Of a stretch of DNA of 64,000 nt, positions 10,703 through 22,667 are shown in pieces. Position 1 is the first letter of the stretch. Each line of letters opens with the position of its first letter. The DNA lies in the NCBI GenBank assembly GCA_963675665.1, contig OY776510.1, positions 3,392,001 to 3,456,000 on the forward strand. Reading direction: 5' to 3'. The stretch is from Spirochaetia bacterium (lineage in GTDB: Bacteria; Spirochaetota; Spirochaetia; UBA9216). The notes under the pieces were generated by a model. The model ran no database searches and was not told the origin of the DNA. It saw only the letters and a list, made by a program, of their open reading frames with translations. A program made the position numbers and the translations under genes.

Positions 10703-11755
10703 ATGGATAGAAAAAAAACCGAATCTGTAACTGTCGGCAATAATAAAATCGGCGGCGGCAGCAGAATTACTGTTCAGACAATGTGGAAGAAGAGCCTGCA
10801 TAATCTGTCTGAACAGGATATCAATGAAATAAGGACTATTGAAAATCTCGGTTGCGACATAATCAGGTTTTCAGTTCCGGATATTAAAAGCGCCGGTATA
10901 CTTAAAGAATTAAAAAAACATATAAATATGCCTCTTGTCGCTGATATACATTTCGACTACAGGATTGCGCTTGAATGTATCGGGTTCGGAATAGATAAAA
11001 TACGAATAAATCCGGGTAATATAGGCGCTTCATGGAAGGTTGAAGAAGTTTTAAAATCTGCAGCTGATAAGAATGTCCCGATAAGAATAGGTATTAACAG
11101 CGGTTCAATGCCGAGAAAACTGTCAGATATGGACGACAAGGCTGAAGCTATGCTGAAAGCCGCAGATGATGAAATTGAGATACTTGAAAAAAACAGATTC
11201 GGGAATGCCGTATTTTCCCTGAAATCTTCAAATGCAGAGGCCACTATACGGGCCAACAGAAAATTCTCATTAAAATATAATTATCCTTTGCATCTTGGAA
11301 TTACCGAAGCCGGTCCTTTAACAGCCGGGCTTGTAAAATCTTCCATTGCCTTATCAAAACTGCTGGATGAAGGAATAGGTGACACCCTGAGAGTTTCATT
11401 GTCCGACACTCCCGCCAATGAGGTCATTGCCGGCCGCGAAATACTCAGGGCATGCGGATTGTCGGAGTACGGCGTAAATATCATATCCTGTCCAAGATGC
11501 GGACGATCGACATTTGATACCCATAAATTCCTGGAGTCAATTTTTGATGAGCTGTACCTGATAAAAGAACCGTTGAATATTGCTGTAATGGGTTGTGTGG
11601 TTAACGGACCCGGAGAAGCTTCGGAAGCGGATATCGGGATAACCGGAATCGGTAATAAAATTGTAATTTTTAAACATGGTAAGATTTTCACTAAAATTGA
11701 CGAGAATAAAGGCAGGGAAGAATTCCTGAAACTACTGAAAAGCTTTCAAAGCTAG
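10703..11755 (+). CDS. ispG: (E)-4-hydroxy-3-methylbut-2-enyl-diphosphate synthase
   Basis: PLVADIHFDY, RINPGNIG, RIGINSGS, PLHLGITEAG, GIGDTLRVSL, 4Fe-4S ligands CPRCGR and MGCVVNGPGE. ATG 10703 preferred because 10688 lies inside the hairpin. Confidence 0.95.
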   Translation: MDRKKTESVTVGNNKIGGGSRITVQTMWKKSLHNLSEQDINEIRTIENLGCDIIRFSVPDIKSAGILKELKKHINMPLVADIHFDYRIALECIGFGIDKIRINPGNIGASWKVEEVLKSAADKNVPIRIGINSGSMPRKLSDMDDKAEAMLKAADDEIEILEKNRFGNAVFSLKSSNAEATIRANRKFSLKYNYPLHLGITEAGPLTAGLVKSSIALSKLLDEGIGDTLRVSLSDTPANEVIAGREILRACGLSEYGVNIISCPRCGRSTFDTHKFLESIFDELYLIKEPLNIAVMGCVVNGPGEASEADIGITGIGNKIVIFKHGKIFTKIDENKGREEFLKLLKSFQS

Positions 11756-11769
11756 ATTGCGGAGTTTTT

Positions 11770-12723
11770 TTGAAAAATAATCTGTGTAGAATATTTATAT
11801 TTTCTTTGCTTTTAATATTTATTTCTGCAGCATTTGTGTCGGCTCAGGATTTAAGAGAACAGGAAAAAATTAAAAAAATTGAAGAATCATACCGGCTGAA
11901 TATCCCTGTCTGGCTTCTTTACGAGTACGGACGCCAGGCATATGAGCTTGGTGAATACGGTCTTGCATCAAGAGTTTTTCGTGAAGCTATCGACAGGGCG
12001 GGTATTGCCCCTGAAGCAGAGATTTGGCTGGCAAGAATCTTTGAAAATGAAGGTGAATACAACCTGGCAGAAAAACAGTATCTCAAAGCTCTTGAATATA
12101 AAAACGACTTATACGTTATAGAAGAAGAAATTGATTTGCTGTACAGTCTTGCAGAGATCTATCGGAAAACTGATCAATACGGAAAATATGAAAAAACCCT
12201 GATCTCGGTAATTGAAAATGATTCTGAAATACGAATAAATATGAACCTTCAGTACTCAATGATTGATGTATTGAAGAAACGCGGTATTGATAAAATGTTT
12301 GAGCTGTATCGTTACGAAAAAACAAAATATAATAGCGCAAGAACGGGCCTGGGAATATTTTATTATCGTACAGGAAGATATTCGGAAGCTGAAATAAATT
12401 TGATTCTGCCGCTGGTATCAGTTGCGACCACAGGATTTAATTACATATACGATAAAACTGCGAATTATGAATTTACAAATATTCTGTCACATATAAAACG
12501 AATGCTTGAATACCCTGAACTTTCGCAATTTCTTGAAACATATGAGTTTTTTCAAACATTATATTATCTTGCAGCGTCACTGTATGCAGACGGGTTTTAT
12601 GATTCAGCATCAGAAATATGGATGATAATAACGGAATGCGACAAAGATGACAGCACCTGGACAAAACGTTCTGAAAGGCAGCTTGAAGATCCGTTTATAG
12701 AACCTGTTATCCGGCAGCGTTAA
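11770..12723 (+). CDS. Exported tetratricopeptide repeat protein
   Basis: Signal-peptide-like N-terminus (ends VSA-QD); TPR-like helices ([29 protein letters not shown]). Confidence 0.75.
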   Translation: MKNNLCRIFIFSLLLIFISAAFVSAQDLREQEKIKKIEESYRLNIPVWLLYEYGRQAYELGEYGLASRVFREAIDRAGIAPEAEIWLARIFENEGEYNLAEKQYLKALEYKNDLYVIEEEIDLLYSLAEIYRKTDQYGKYEKTLISVIENDSEIRINMNLQYSMIDVLKKRGIDKMFELYRYEKTKYNSARTGLGIFYYRTGRYSEAEINLILPLVSVATTGFNYIYDKTANYEFTNILSHIKRMLEYPELSQFLETYEFFQTLYYLAASLYADGFYDSASEIWMIITECDKDDSTWTKRSERQLEDPFIEPVIRQR

Positions 12724-12775
12724 TAACATGCGGCACTTGAACAGCAAAGAAATTAATCGTACTTTCTGAATATCT

Positions 12776-15595
12776 ATGGATAAAATAATCATTAAAGGTG
12801 CCCGTGAGCACAATCTTAAAAATATTGATCTTGAGCTTCCCCGAGACAAGCTGATTGTCATATCCGGTATCAGCGGCAGCGGGAAATCATCATTGGCATT
12901 TGATACAATATTTGCTGAGGGGCAGCGCAGGTATGTTGAATCACTGTCCTCTTACGCAAGACAGTTTCTGGGAAGGCTTGATAAGCCGGATCTTGACTAT
13001 ATTGAAGGGCTGTCCCCTGCAATTTCAATTGAACAGAAGACAACTCATCGAAATCCGCGATCAACAGTCGGAACAGTCACTGAAATATATGATTACCTGA
13101 GATTGTTGTTTGCAAGAATAGGTAAACCGCACTGCCCTGAATGTGGAAAGGAAATAAAGGAGCAGTCGGTTGATCAGATAATTGATACGCTGATGACATA
13201 TCCTGTCAATTCAAAAATTATGCTTCTTGCTCCTGTTATAAGAGCAAAAAAGGGAGAACATCAGAAAATTATTGATGACGCCAGAAAAGCGGGGTTTGCA
13301 AGAGTCAGAATTGACGGGCTGACTGTAAGCCTTGAAGATGAGATAAATCTTGAGAAAAATAAAAAACATACAATCGAAATTATTGTCGACAGGATTAAAA
13401 CCGGCGAAAACGTACGGAAAAGGATAGCTGAATCAGTTGAAACATGTCTGGATATTGCCGACGGCCAGGTTATTGTCGTAAAAAAAGAGGAAAACGGAGA
13501 GCATTCGGAATACTTTTCAAGAAAAAATTCCTGCCCTGATTGCGGAATTAGTATCCCGGAACTTCAGCCGAGACTGTTTTCATTCAACAATCCCGAAGGC
13601 GCCTGCCCGGAATGTTCGGGATTGGGCATAATGATGGAATTTGACAGGGATTTGGTTATTCCCGATATGAGTTTGTCGTTTAATGAAGGTGCTGTAAAAA
13701 CACATAACCCGGAAGCAAACTGGCACAGAAGCTGGTTTGAAGCTTTGGCGGATTATTATAAATTCAGCCTTGACACTCCTTTTAATAAGCTTCCTGAAAA
13801 AATAATAGATATTATTCTGTACGGCACGGACGACAAGATAGATGTAACTTACGTTAATAAAAAGAACACGGGGAAATTCGAATACAGCAGCAGTTTTAAG
13901 GGAATTCTCTCCGAGCTGAAACGTCGCTATAAAGAATCGTCAAGCAGTTACATAAGAGAATGGCTAGACGGATTTATGAGTCAGAGTGTATGTAACGCGT
14001 GCGGAGGAAAACGTCTCAGGCGTGAAAGCCTGGCTGTAAAGATTAATAAAAAGAATATATTTGATACGACACTCATGTCGGTAAGCGAAGCATGTAATTT
14101 TTTTATGAACCTGCAACTGACTGAAACAGAACGTAAAATATCATCACAAATCCTTAAAGAAATTAATTCCAGGCTTCATTTTATGCAGAGTGTAGGTCTC
14201 GACTATCTTACACTGGAAAGAAAGGCTTCAACGCTGTCGGGGGGAGAAGCTCAGAGAATCAGGTTGGCCACACAGATAGGGGCATCGCTTGTCGGTGTCC
14301 TGTATATTCTTGATGAACCGACAATAGGTCTTCACCAGAGAGATAATACCAGACTGATCGAAACGCTTGAGCATCTGCGCGATATTGGTAATACCCTGAT
14401 AGTAGTTGAGCATGACGAGCAGACTTTAAAAACTGCCGACTATATTGTTGATCTCGGCCCGGGCGCCGGAGTACATGGAGGTTTTGTTACAGCCCAGGGT
14501 ACATATGAAGAAGTGCTGAAGAACAGCAACAGCCTGACGGGGCGTTACCTTTCCGGAGAAATATCAATAAAAATTCCGGAGAAAAGACGCAATGGAAACG
14601 GCAGTAAAATTACAATAACAGATGCTTCGGAGCATAACCTGAAAGGAATAACGGCTGAATTCCCGCTTGGAGAATTGATTGTTATTACAGGTGTTTCCGG
14701 CTCCGGGAAATCGACCTTGATGGGAGATATCCTTTATCCGGCCCTTTTCAATTCGGTTAACAGGCATCACAGGGCTTGCGGCAGTTTCGGAAGTATAAGC
14801 GGAACTGAAAATATCGACAAAATAATCAATATTGATCAGAGCCCGATTGGACGTACGCCGAGATCCAATCCGGCAACCTATGTGGGTTTGTTTACACCGA
14901 TACGTGAACTTTTTGCGTCGCTGCCGGAATCCAAAGCCAGAGGATACAAACCCGGCAGGTTTTCATTCAACGTTAAAGGCGGGCGGTGTGAACATTGCCA
15001 GGGCGACGGAACAAAAAAGATCGAAATGCATTTTCTTTCGGATGTATATGTAACCTGTGACGTTTGCGACGGAAAACGTTTCAACAGGGAAACCCTTGAT
15101 ATACGGTATAAGGGCAAAAATATTTATGAAGTTCTTGAAATGACAGTTGAAGAAGGCTTGAGTTTTTTCAGAAATATTACAAAAGTACGGCAGAAACTTC
15201 AGACCCTGTGTGATGTCGGTCTTGAATATATAAAGCTTGGACAATCTGCATTGACGTTGTCCGGAGGCGAAGCCCAGAGAATCAAACTTGCTCTTGAACT
15301 GTCGAAAAGAAATACCGGGAAAACATTTTATATTCTGGATGAACCTACAACAGGTCTGCATTTTGCTGATGTTAAAAAACTTCTGGAAGTACTTCAAATG
15401 CTCGTTGACAAGGGTAACACAATTGTACTGATAGAACATAACCTTGATGTTATAAAGCAGGCAGACCATATTATTGATCTGGGCCCGGAAGGCGGCGACA
15501 AGGGCGGCAAAATAATAGCTGAAGGAACTCCGGAAGAAATCGTAAAAAACAAAAAATCATATACAGGTTATTATCTCAAAGAGGTTTTAATATAG
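12776..15595 (+). CDS. uvrA: Excinuclease ABC subunit A
   Basis: Two ABC cassettes ([27 protein letters not shown] twice), Zn fingers, [10 protein letters not shown]. Confidence 0.98.
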   Translation: MDKIIIKGAREHNLKNIDLELPRDKLIVISGISGSGKSSLAFDTIFAEGQRRYVESLSSYARQFLGRLDKPDLDYIEGLSPAISIEQKTTHRNPRSTVGTVTEIYDYLRLLFARIGKPHCPECGKEIKEQSVDQIIDTLMTYPVNSKIMLLAPVIRAKKGEHQKIIDDARKAGFARVRIDGLTVSLEDEINLEKNKKHTIEIIVDRIKTGENVRKRIAESVETCLDIADGQVIVVKKEENGEHSEYFSRKNSCPDCGISIPELQPRLFSFNNPEGACPECSGLGIMMEFDRDLVIPDMSLSFNEGAVKTHNPEANWHRSWFEALADYYKFSLDTPFNKLPEKIIDIILYGTDDKIDVTYVNKKNTGKFEYSSSFKGILSELKRRYKESSSSYIREWLDGFMSQSVCNACGGKRLRRESLAVKINKKNIFDTTLMSVSEACNFFMNLQLTETERKISSQILKEINSRLHFMQSVGLDYLTLERKASTLSGGEAQRIRLATQIGASLVGVLYILDEPTIGLHQRDNTRLIETLEHLRDIGNTLIVVEHDEQTLKTADYIVDLGPGAGVHGGFVTAQGTYEEVLKNSNSLTGRYLSGEISIKIPEKRRNGNGSKITITDASEHNLKGITAEFPLGELIVITGVSGSGKSTLMGDILYPALFNSVNRHHRACGSFGSISGTENIDKIINIDQSPIGRTPRSNPATYVGLFTPIRELFASLPESKARGYKPGRFSFNVKGGRCEHCQGDGTKKIEMHFLSDVYVTCDVCDGKRFNRETLDIRYKGKNIYEVLEMTVEEGLSFFRNITKVRQKLQTLCDVGLEYIKLGQSALTLSGGEAQRIKLALELSKRNTGKTFYILDEPTTGLHFADVKKLLEVLQMLVDKGNTIVLIEHNLDVIKQADHIIDLGPEGGDKGGKIIAEGTPEEIVKNKKSYTGYYLKEVLI

Positions 15596-15597
15596 TT

Positions 15598-18500
15598 TTG
15601 AAAAAGACCATAACGGCTATAGTTTTTTTAATGCTCGCAACGATATTATTTGCTGAAGCTGCAAAAAACAGTTCCCTGTTTATGGATACAATTACAGCTG
15701 ATATTGAAACTTCTGATTACTATGAGCTGACAACCTGGTGCAACAGGCTTGGACTGAATAACAGCGGCTCTGCTGATGAACTTAGAAAAAGGCTTTTAAA
15801 GCATTATAAAAAAGAATCAGATGTGGTTGAAACCGAAACCCGGATGCAGCACATTACTATTGAATCTGCAGATAACCTTGATTACTTTAAAATAGAAAAA
15901 GTTGATGAAAACTATGTCAGAATAACCGGTAATGTAATCATAACAATTGATAAAACCAGGGGTTCGGATGGAGGAGAACAGCATAAAATTAAAGCTGATT
16001 CAGTACTGTTCAATTTTAAGGAAAATTATCTTACTGCGGAAGGAAATATAGAATATGTTCTTGAAGGCGAAACAAAAACAGAAAACTTCAGAGGCGACAA
16101 AATCACCTTCAACATTGACACCGAAGAAGGGCTGTTTGATAAAGGTATTACCGAGCAGGAACAGGAAATTGATGAAAATGAAATAACCTTTTATTTTAAA
16201 GGTGATCAAATTAATAAAACAAAAGAAAATTATGTTCTTCTGGAAAATGGTGAGATAACCTCATGTGATTTTGATGATCCGCATTATAAAATCAAAGCTA
16301 AAAAGCTGTGGCTTTTGGCCAGTAATGAATGGGCTGTATTAAACGGTCTCGTATATATCGGAAGAGTTCCGATCTTTTATATTCCCGCATTTCTTTATGC
16401 CGGAGATGATATATTTATTAATCCGTCGTTTGGCTACAGAAATGATTCCGGATACTATATGCATACTACAACTTATTTTATTGGTGAAAAAAAAGAAGAT
16501 GAGGATTCTGCATTTTCATTCATGCAAAGTGAAACTGAAAACAAGTATTACAAACGTGAAGGGCTGTTTTTGACGGAAGACAAAAATCCGACAGCTTCTT
16601 CAAAAGCCTTGCAGGATTATGGAGGGACTGAATCAAATTATATAAAGCTGATACTTGACTATTATACAACACTTGGGTTTTATTCAGCTCTGGATCTTAA
16701 GCTTGGCGTACCCCCCGGGGATATGAAAATCGGAAGTATAGCCGAATCGATCTTTTCTTTTTTATCGGTTATAGAGAATGCAGATTTGTTTATCTCCATA
16801 GCAAGAACAAGAAAGGTCAAGCAAACAGAAACAAGTTATACTTATCTGTTTCCGGATGAAAAAGGGAAATACAGCAGTATCTGGGAAAAGTCTTATTTAT
16901 TTGATTTTCCGATTCCGTTCAGGTATGGACTGGATTTTGACTCGGGTATTGATGTTTCATGGCTGAAAATAGACTTTACTGTTGATTTATGGTCGGACAG
17001 GGATTATAAAATAGATTTTTCGGAAAGGAGTGAAAACCTCGATCTGCTTTCTCTGCTTAGCCTTGATACTGAATCTGAAGAAACAACCGCATCGGAGGTA
17101 ACAACGGGAAATGTAAATTTCTCAGCCGAGTTTTCGCCAGATATAAAAATATTGAATCCGTGGATTACAAGTCTGAATGTAAAGACAGAATCGTATTATA
17201 ATCTGTTATCAAAAGAAATTGATAATTCCAATGGTGATTTTAATGAATTTGTTGATTACTTTTTTTATCCGGACAGCAGAATGATGCCTGATATTTCAGG
17301 AAAAATAGGGGGAACTCTTCTGCCTTTAAATTTAAAAACGGATAATGAAAAATCCGGCGCAGAGAAACAAAGCAGTGATAAAAAGATTGTATTGAAATCC
17401 CCACTTGAGAACCGGGAAGAACAATATGAAAATAATAACGAAGAAGAAAATATTCATGCGGCAATGGCTGATATTAATATAATTACAGAAGATTTCTGGC
17501 AGGCATCAGATGTTTTTTCAAACAAGATGACATACAGCGTTTCTCCGGATTTTTCAGATAAAAATCAACTGAATAATGATGAATGGGAAGATCCTCTTGA
17601 TATTGATATGCAGGATATTGAATATTCATTTCAAACTGCAACAGTAAACGGCGCATTGGACTATTCTGCAAATATTTTTGAAAATCTGATAAGTCTGAAA
17701 AACAATGTCAAAATAAATTGGGGTTATAACAAGCATTACAATATGGATGAACTTGAAGAGGAAACAATAAGCCAATATTTACTTGAAGATAAACAATCAA
17801 CAGAAATGAAAATGCTTAATAATCTTCAGCTGAGCACCTGTCCTCTGGCCTATAATGAAGTTCTGGAAAATTTCAAATTTACTTATAATTTTAACAGCAT
17901 CATATATGAATATGATTACAACCCGGAATCAGAAGTTTTTGCCGGTACTTTTATAGAATTCAGCGATGATTATATTACAAGTCATAAGCTGGGCGTAATA
18001 ATGCCTCTGGAATTCGGGGATTTTAGTCAGAGTCTTACTTTGAATACAACATTGCCTCCGCTTAATTTTACTGCAGACGGGTCACTGAAAATTGACTATA
18101 AAATCAGTTCATCTGAATTTAATACTTCAATGACACAGGATGAAGAGACCTGGACATACGAGCCTTTAACATTTAATGAAAAACTAACTTTTAATGATAA
18201 CCTGTGGCTTTCAAACAGTATCAGCTATAATTATTCAGACAGTTATTTTGAACAGAATATTCTCTCAGGTGAAGTTACGTTTCTTGACGGAAAAATCTCG
18301 GCTGAATCACAGATGATTTATGATGTTGAAAATGAGAAATTCTCAAAATTTAAATCCCAGTTGAATATTTTTGATCTTTTAATAAGTTATACGGCAGAAG
18401 ATACATACGATTATTTTTTTGATTCTGAAACAGGATGGGAACAGGCTGAGCAGAAAAGTTTTATTCCGTCGCTGTTTACAACCCGCTTGAATATTTCGCC

Positions 18501-19002
18501 TGAACCGATGCTCTTCTGGAAAAACAGAAACAACCTTGAATACACAGTTGATACAAATCTCAATATGAACCTGATACGTTTTACAGATTCAAGTTTGACA
18601 TTTTCATTATCCTTTAATTTCAGCATATTCGAATTTCTGACGCTGGATTTCAGCTCAACAAGTGAAAATAGCGCTGTTTTCAGGTACTTTCCGTCATACT
18701 GCAGCGAGGTCGGCGTTAACAACCTTAGTTTTTTTGGAGATTTAATAAAATCTTTTAATTTTTTTAAAATTGACGACAGATACGAATCAAATTTCAATTT
18801 AAAAACAATCAGTATAGGTTTTACGCATGATTTACATGACTGGGATTTGAAGGTTGAATATTCCGGATCTCCGTTCGTAAATGATGAAGAGGATTATCCG
18901 TTTTACGACTGGGAAAGCAAACTTAATATATATCTGGCCTGGAAAGCAATTCCGGATATAAAAACTGATATGAAAATAGATAATGAAGATATCAGTTTTT
19001 AA
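15598..19002 (+). CDS. LptD-like outer-membrane assembly protein
   Basis: Signal peptide; N-terminal beta-jellyroll-like region with ITSCD..PHYKIKAKKLW and GRVPIFYIP motifs; aromatic beta-strand-rich C-terminal region ending in Phe. Confidence 0.75.
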   Translation: MKKTITAIVFLMLATILFAEAAKNSSLFMDTITADIETSDYYELTTWCNRLGLNNSGSADELRKRLLKHYKKESDVVETETRMQHITIESADNLDYFKIEKVDENYVRITGNVIITIDKTRGSDGGEQHKIKADSVLFNFKENYLTAEGNIEYVLEGETKTENFRGDKITFNIDTEEGLFDKGITEQEQEIDENEITFYFKGDQINKTKENYVLLENGEITSCDFDDPHYKIKAKKLWLLASNEWAVLNGLVYIGRVPIFYIPAFLYAGDDIFINPSFGYRNDSGYYMHTTTYFIGEKKEDEDSAFSFMQSETENKYYKREGLFLTEDKNPTASSKALQDYGGTESNYIKLILDYYTTLGFYSALDLKLGVPPGDMKIGSIAESIFSFLSVIENADLFISIARTRKVKQTETSYTYLFPDEKGKYSSIWEKSYLFDFPIPFRYGLDFDSGIDVSWLKIDFTVDLWSDRDYKIDFSERSENLDLLSLLSLDTESEETTASEVTTGNVNFSAEFSPDIKILNPWITSLNVKTESYYNLLSKEIDNSNGDFNEFVDYFFYPDSRMMPDISGKIGGTLLPLNLKTDNEKSGAEKQSSDKKIVLKSPLENREEQYENNNEEENIHAAMADINIITEDFWQASDVFSNKMTYSVSPDFSDKNQLNNDEWEDPLDIDMQDIEYSFQTATVNGALDYSANIFENLISLKNNVKINWGYNKHYNMDELEEETISQYLLEDKQSTEMKMLNNLQLSTCPLAYNEVLENFKFTYNFNSIIYEYDYNPESEVFAGTFIEFSDDYITSHKLGVIMPLEFGDFSQSLTLNTTLPPLNFTADGSLKIDYKISSSEFNTSMTQDEETWTYEPLTFNEKLTFNDNLWLSNSISYNYSDSYFEQNILSGEVTFLDGKISAESQMIYDVENEKFSKFKSQLNIFDLLISYTAEDTYDYFFDSETGWEQAEQKSFIPSLFTTRLNISPEPMLFWKNRNNLEYTVDTNLNMNLIRFTDSSLTFSLSFNFSIFEFLTLDFSSTSENSAVFRYFPSYCSEVGVNNLSFFGDLIKSFNFFKIDDRYESNFNLKTISIGFTHDLHDWDLKVEYSGSPFVNDEEDYPFYDWESKLNIYLAWKAIPDIKTDMKIDNEDISF

Positions 19003-19003
19003 C

Positions 19004-19033
19004 TTGACTCAGGTGTCACTGATTAGCTACACT
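19004..19033 (+). promoter_or_regulatory. Putative sigma70 promoter for the phoH operon
   Basis: TTGACT(19004-19009)-18 nt-TACACT(19028-19033); AAGGAG RBS before TTG 19051. Confidence 0.5.
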
Positions 19034-19050
19034 GATGCCAAGGAGAAGTT

Positions 19051-20007
19051 TTGAGCAATAGTCTTACGATTGTTCTTGAAGATCATAATAAACTCACCGA
19101 AATGTGCGGTGTAAATGATGAGAATTTAAAGACAATTGAGAAACTGATCGGCACGCATGTGTATTCAAGAGGAAACGAAATACATCTCGAGTCTGATGAG
19201 AAAACAACGCAGGCTTTTTTCAGGGAAATTATAGATAAAATGCAGATTTACCAGGATGAAGGCAGGCTTATAGATCCGCCGCTGATAAACGCTGTGGCGG
19301 AGTCGCTGAAGAACGACAGGGATGAAGAAAAAGCTCTTTTTGAAAAAAAGTCAATAATTTTACCCGGCGGAACAAGGGTATATCCAAGATCTTCCAGACA
19401 GGCTTCATATATTGAAGCTATAGAAAATCAGGAAATTGTTTTTGGTGTAGGTCCGGCAGGCACCGGGAAAACTTACCTGGCGGTTGCCACAGCATTACGA
19501 GAAGTTCTCGGGAAAAATAAAAGAAAACTTATAATTACCAGGCCTGTTGTTGAAGCTGGAGAAAGTCTGGGTTTTCTCCCGGGAGATTTGGCACAGAAAC
19601 TGAATCCCTATCTTAAACCAATATATGATGCTATGGACAGTTTTCTTTCATATGAAGCAATATCGAAAATGGAAGAGAGCAGATTGATTGAAATAGCTCC
19701 GCTTGCATATATGAGAGGGCGCAGCCTTACAAACAGTTTTATTATCCTTGATGAAGCTCAGAATACAACTAAAGCACAGATGAAAATGTTTCTTACAAGA
19801 ATAGGAGAAGGATCGCAGGCAGTTATTACCGGCGATATTACACAGATTGATTTGCCTTCAAATTCAAAATCAGGGTTGATTCATGCAGTTGAAATCCTGA
19901 AGGGTATTGAAGGTCTGTCATTTACTTTTTTTGATACACGAGATGTTGTCAGAAAAAAAATTGTAAAACAAATTATACAGGCTTATGAAAGAAACAGCAA
20001 AAAATAA
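19051..20007 (+). CDS. phoH: PhoH-family ATPase (YbeZ-like)
   Basis: GPAGTGKTYLA, TRPVVEAGESLGFLPG, PLAYMRGRSL, LDEAQN, GDITQIDL. Confidence 0.95.
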   Translation: MSNSLTIVLEDHNKLTEMCGVNDENLKTIEKLIGTHVYSRGNEIHLESDEKTTQAFFREIIDKMQIYQDEGRLIDPPLINAVAESLKNDRDEEKALFEKKSIILPGGTRVYPRSSRQASYIEAIENQEIVFGVGPAGTGKTYLAVATALREVLGKNKRKLIITRPVVEAGESLGFLPGDLAQKLNPYLKPIYDAMDSFLSYEAISKMEESRLIEIAPLAYMRGRSLTNSFIILDEAQNTTKAQMKMFLTRIGEGSQAVITGDITQIDLPSNSKSGLIHAVEILKGIEGLSFTFFDTRDVVRKKIVKQIIQAYERNSKK

Positions 20008-22213
20008 AAGCAAAAAACCGGTGTTCAAGAAAATCCTGAAGTTTTTCATGGAAGACAGGTTGTTCAGTCTGGCTATTTTACTAACATTTTTAATCTTTTA
20101 TGCAGCGTTAATATTTATTTCCGGAAGCGGATTATTTACATCAGGCGTCAGAATATCTGATTATGAAGTAGGAAAAGTAGCTGAAAAAGATATAGTCGTC
20201 GATCGCGATATTGAGTATGAAGATAAAAAAGCAACTGAATTGAAACGTGAAGCACAGGAACTTCTGGTGCCCCCTGTCTTTACTGTTGCTGAAAATATCA
20301 GCGAACGGGTACTGTCTTCATATGACCAGTTTATGAATTTATATATCAAGCTGCTGAACGACAGTAAGTCATCTTCAGAGATTTATCTTGAAATCCAGTC
20401 GGTTCTGCCAGGGTATATACCGGAAAAGGAAGTAGAGCAGCTTCTGACAGTGATTGATCCTACGGATCTTCTTTATGATACAAGAGAAATTGTAATAAAT
20501 ATTATGCAGTCAGGTGTTGTCAGCCTGCCGGAGAACCTGAAAATAAAAGGCGACTCAATTGAAATTCTTAAATGGAGCAACGGTGAAAAAGTAACAGAAG
20601 AAATTTCACTTGAAAAAGTAATTACCCTTGGTAATGTTAATGAGCGTCTTGAGAATTTCTACGATTCAGAGGAGTCAACTGAATCAGCAAATGATTTTAT
20701 AAAAATTATCCTTAATGACTTTATCGAAGAGAATGCTTTTTATGATTCGAAACTGACTGATGAAAACAAGCTCAGAGCGAGAGAACAGGTTGATCCTGTA
20801 ATAAAAAAGCTTGTAAAAGATGAAGTAATAGTAAAACGCGGTTTCATTATTACGGAAGAAAATATGATAAAGGTTGAAGCTCTGGGAAATTACTCCGACA
20901 GCCTGAGCTTTACAATCTTTATTGGAAAACTTTTTCTGCTTATTTTTCTATTTATTATAACATTCAAGCTTTTTTCTCCTCCGGTACTTCTTAAAACACC
21001 GGCAAAGAGCAGGATGTATCTTATTTTGGCATTATTTACCATTTATATAATAAGTGTTTCTCTGGTAACAAGATATTTAACTGATGCAGAGGGACGTCCG
21101 GCGGCAGTATTTATACCTGTTGCACTGTTTACAATGCTTATTTCTATTCTGGTTAATACACGAACCGGAATTTTAAGTGCGGTGATATTAAGTTTTTCAT
21201 TATTTCTGCTTCCTGGCGAACAAGTTGAAAATTTTATTTTTACTTTTATATCAGGGATTTTCGGAAGCATAATCGTGTATAAAGCAGAACATAGAATAAC
21301 ATTAATCAAGGCAGGCTTGATAATATCTGTTGTAAATGCATTGGTAGTAATTACTCTTGGATTAATAAATAATTTCGAAATAACATACTATCCTAATGTA
21401 ATTTTGATATCGATTATTAACGGTTTTATGTGCGGAATATTTACGCTTGGGTTGCTTCCCATTCTTGAGCATATTCTTAATGCGCCTACACCGTTCAGGC
21501 TTATGGAGCTGTCCGATCTGAATACGCCGCTTTTCAAAAGGATGCTTATTCTTGCGCCGGGAACTTACAGCCATAGTGTAAGTGTGGCTAATCTGGCTGA
21601 AACCGCAGCCAAGGAAATAGGCGCAAATGCGCTTCTTGCAAGGGTTGGTGCTTATTATCATGATATCGGAAAAATAGACCAGGCGGAGTATTTTATTGAA
21701 AACCAGAAAGATGGAAATAAGCATGATGAACTTAAGGCAACATTGTCGACTGCAGTAATCAAAAGCCATGTGAAGATTGGATATGAAAAAGCGAAGGAAC
21801 TGGGGTTGCCTGATGAGGTTATGGAAATAATCTCTCAACATCACGGAAGCGGAAAGATAAGCTATTTTTATATGAAAGCGCTGAAAGAACATAAAACTGA
21901 ACAGAAACTTTCTCCGGAAGATTTTTCATATAACGGAACGCCGCCTGTAAGCAGGGAAGCAGCGGTTGTAATGCTGGCGGATACAGTCGAAGCTGCTACA
22001 AGAACACTTAAAAATCCGACAATGGCTAAACTCGACCGGTTTGCATGGGAATTAATAATGGAAAAAGTTTCTTCGGGACAGATGAAAAACTCGGGTTTGA
22101 CTTTTAATGATCTTGAAACAATCAAGAAGAGTTTTGTTCAGATAATCGGCGGAAGCTTTCACACAAGAATTGAATATCCCAACCAGAACGGTAAAAAAGA
22201 AAAAGATGAATAA
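19985..22213 (+). CDS. 7TM receptor with intracellular HD hydrolase (PgpH-like cyclic di-AMP phosphodiesterase family)
   Basis: N-terminal TM, extracytoplasmic domain, 7 TM helices, then APGTYSHS...YYHDIGK...HV..G...QHHG...MLADTVEA; classic phoH-HD-ybeY context. Confidence 0.88.
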   Translation: MKETAKNKSKKPVFKKILKFFMEDRLFSLAILLTFLIFYAALIFISGSGLFTSGVRISDYEVGKVAEKDIVVDRDIEYEDKKATELKREAQELLVPPVFTVAENISERVLSSYDQFMNLYIKLLNDSKSSSEIYLEIQSVLPGYIPEKEVEQLLTVIDPTDLLYDTREIVINIMQSGVVSLPENLKIKGDSIEILKWSNGEKVTEEISLEKVITLGNVNERLENFYDSEESTESANDFIKIILNDFIEENAFYDSKLTDENKLRAREQVDPVIKKLVKDEVIVKRGFIITEENMIKVEALGNYSDSLSFTIFIGKLFLLIFLFIITFKLFSPPVLLKTPAKSRMYLILALFTIYIISVSLVTRYLTDAEGRPAAVFIPVALFTMLISILVNTRTGILSAVILSFSLFLLPGEQVENFIFTFISGIFGSIIVYKAEHRITLIKAGLIISVVNALVVITLGLINNFEITYYPNVILISIINGFMCGIFTLGLLPILEHILNAPTPFRLMELSDLNTPLFKRMLILAPGTYSHSVSVANLAETAAKEIGANALLARVGAYYHDIGKIDQAEYFIENQKDGNKHDELKATLSTAVIKSHVKIGYEKAKELGLPDEVMEIISQHHGSGKISYFYMKALKEHKTEQKLSPEDFSYNGTPPVSREAAVVMLADTVEAATRTLKNPTMAKLDRFAWELIMEKVSSGQMKNSGLTFNDLETIKKSFVQIIGGSFHTRIEYPNQNGKKEKDE

Positions 22214-22667
22214 AATTGATTTAATTGATCGTGATTCCGGTTTAGAATACAATACAGAAACAGTTGAATTATTCTGTAATGCAGTTCTGAGGCATCTTGA
22301 AATTGACGGTTGGGAACTTTCATTGATGATATGTGATGATGAGTTTATAGCGGAACTGAACAGCAAATACAGGCAAAAGGAAGGACCGACGGATATTTTA
22401 ACATTTTGCAACGCAGATACTGAACCGGGATGGGCCTTGAATAATGATGAAACGGCTTTTTATGCCGGAGATATGGTTATCTCAAGTGAAATGCTGAAAA
22501 GAAATTCGGAATATTTTAAGGTTGATGTTGAAGAAGAATTGAAAAGACTGATTATACACGGGATACTGCATTTAAACGGTATGGAACATAGAACCAATAA
22601 TGCCGATGAGGAGATGCTGGTCCTTCAGGAGAGAATTCTAAAAGATTTTGGAGATTTTAAATTTTGA
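22206..22667 (+). CDS. ybeY: rRNA maturation RNase YbeY
   Basis: LNSKYRQKEGPTDILTF and IIHGILHLNGMEH metal motif; ATG 22206 overlaps the upstream gene end. Confidence 0.93.
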   Translation: MNKIDLIDRDSGLEYNTETVELFCNAVLRHLEIDGWELSLMICDDEFIAELNSKYRQKEGPTDILTFCNADTEPGWALNNDETAFYAGDMVISSEMLKRNSEYFKVDVEEELKRLIIHGILHLNGMEHRTNNADEEMLVLQERILKDFGDFKF

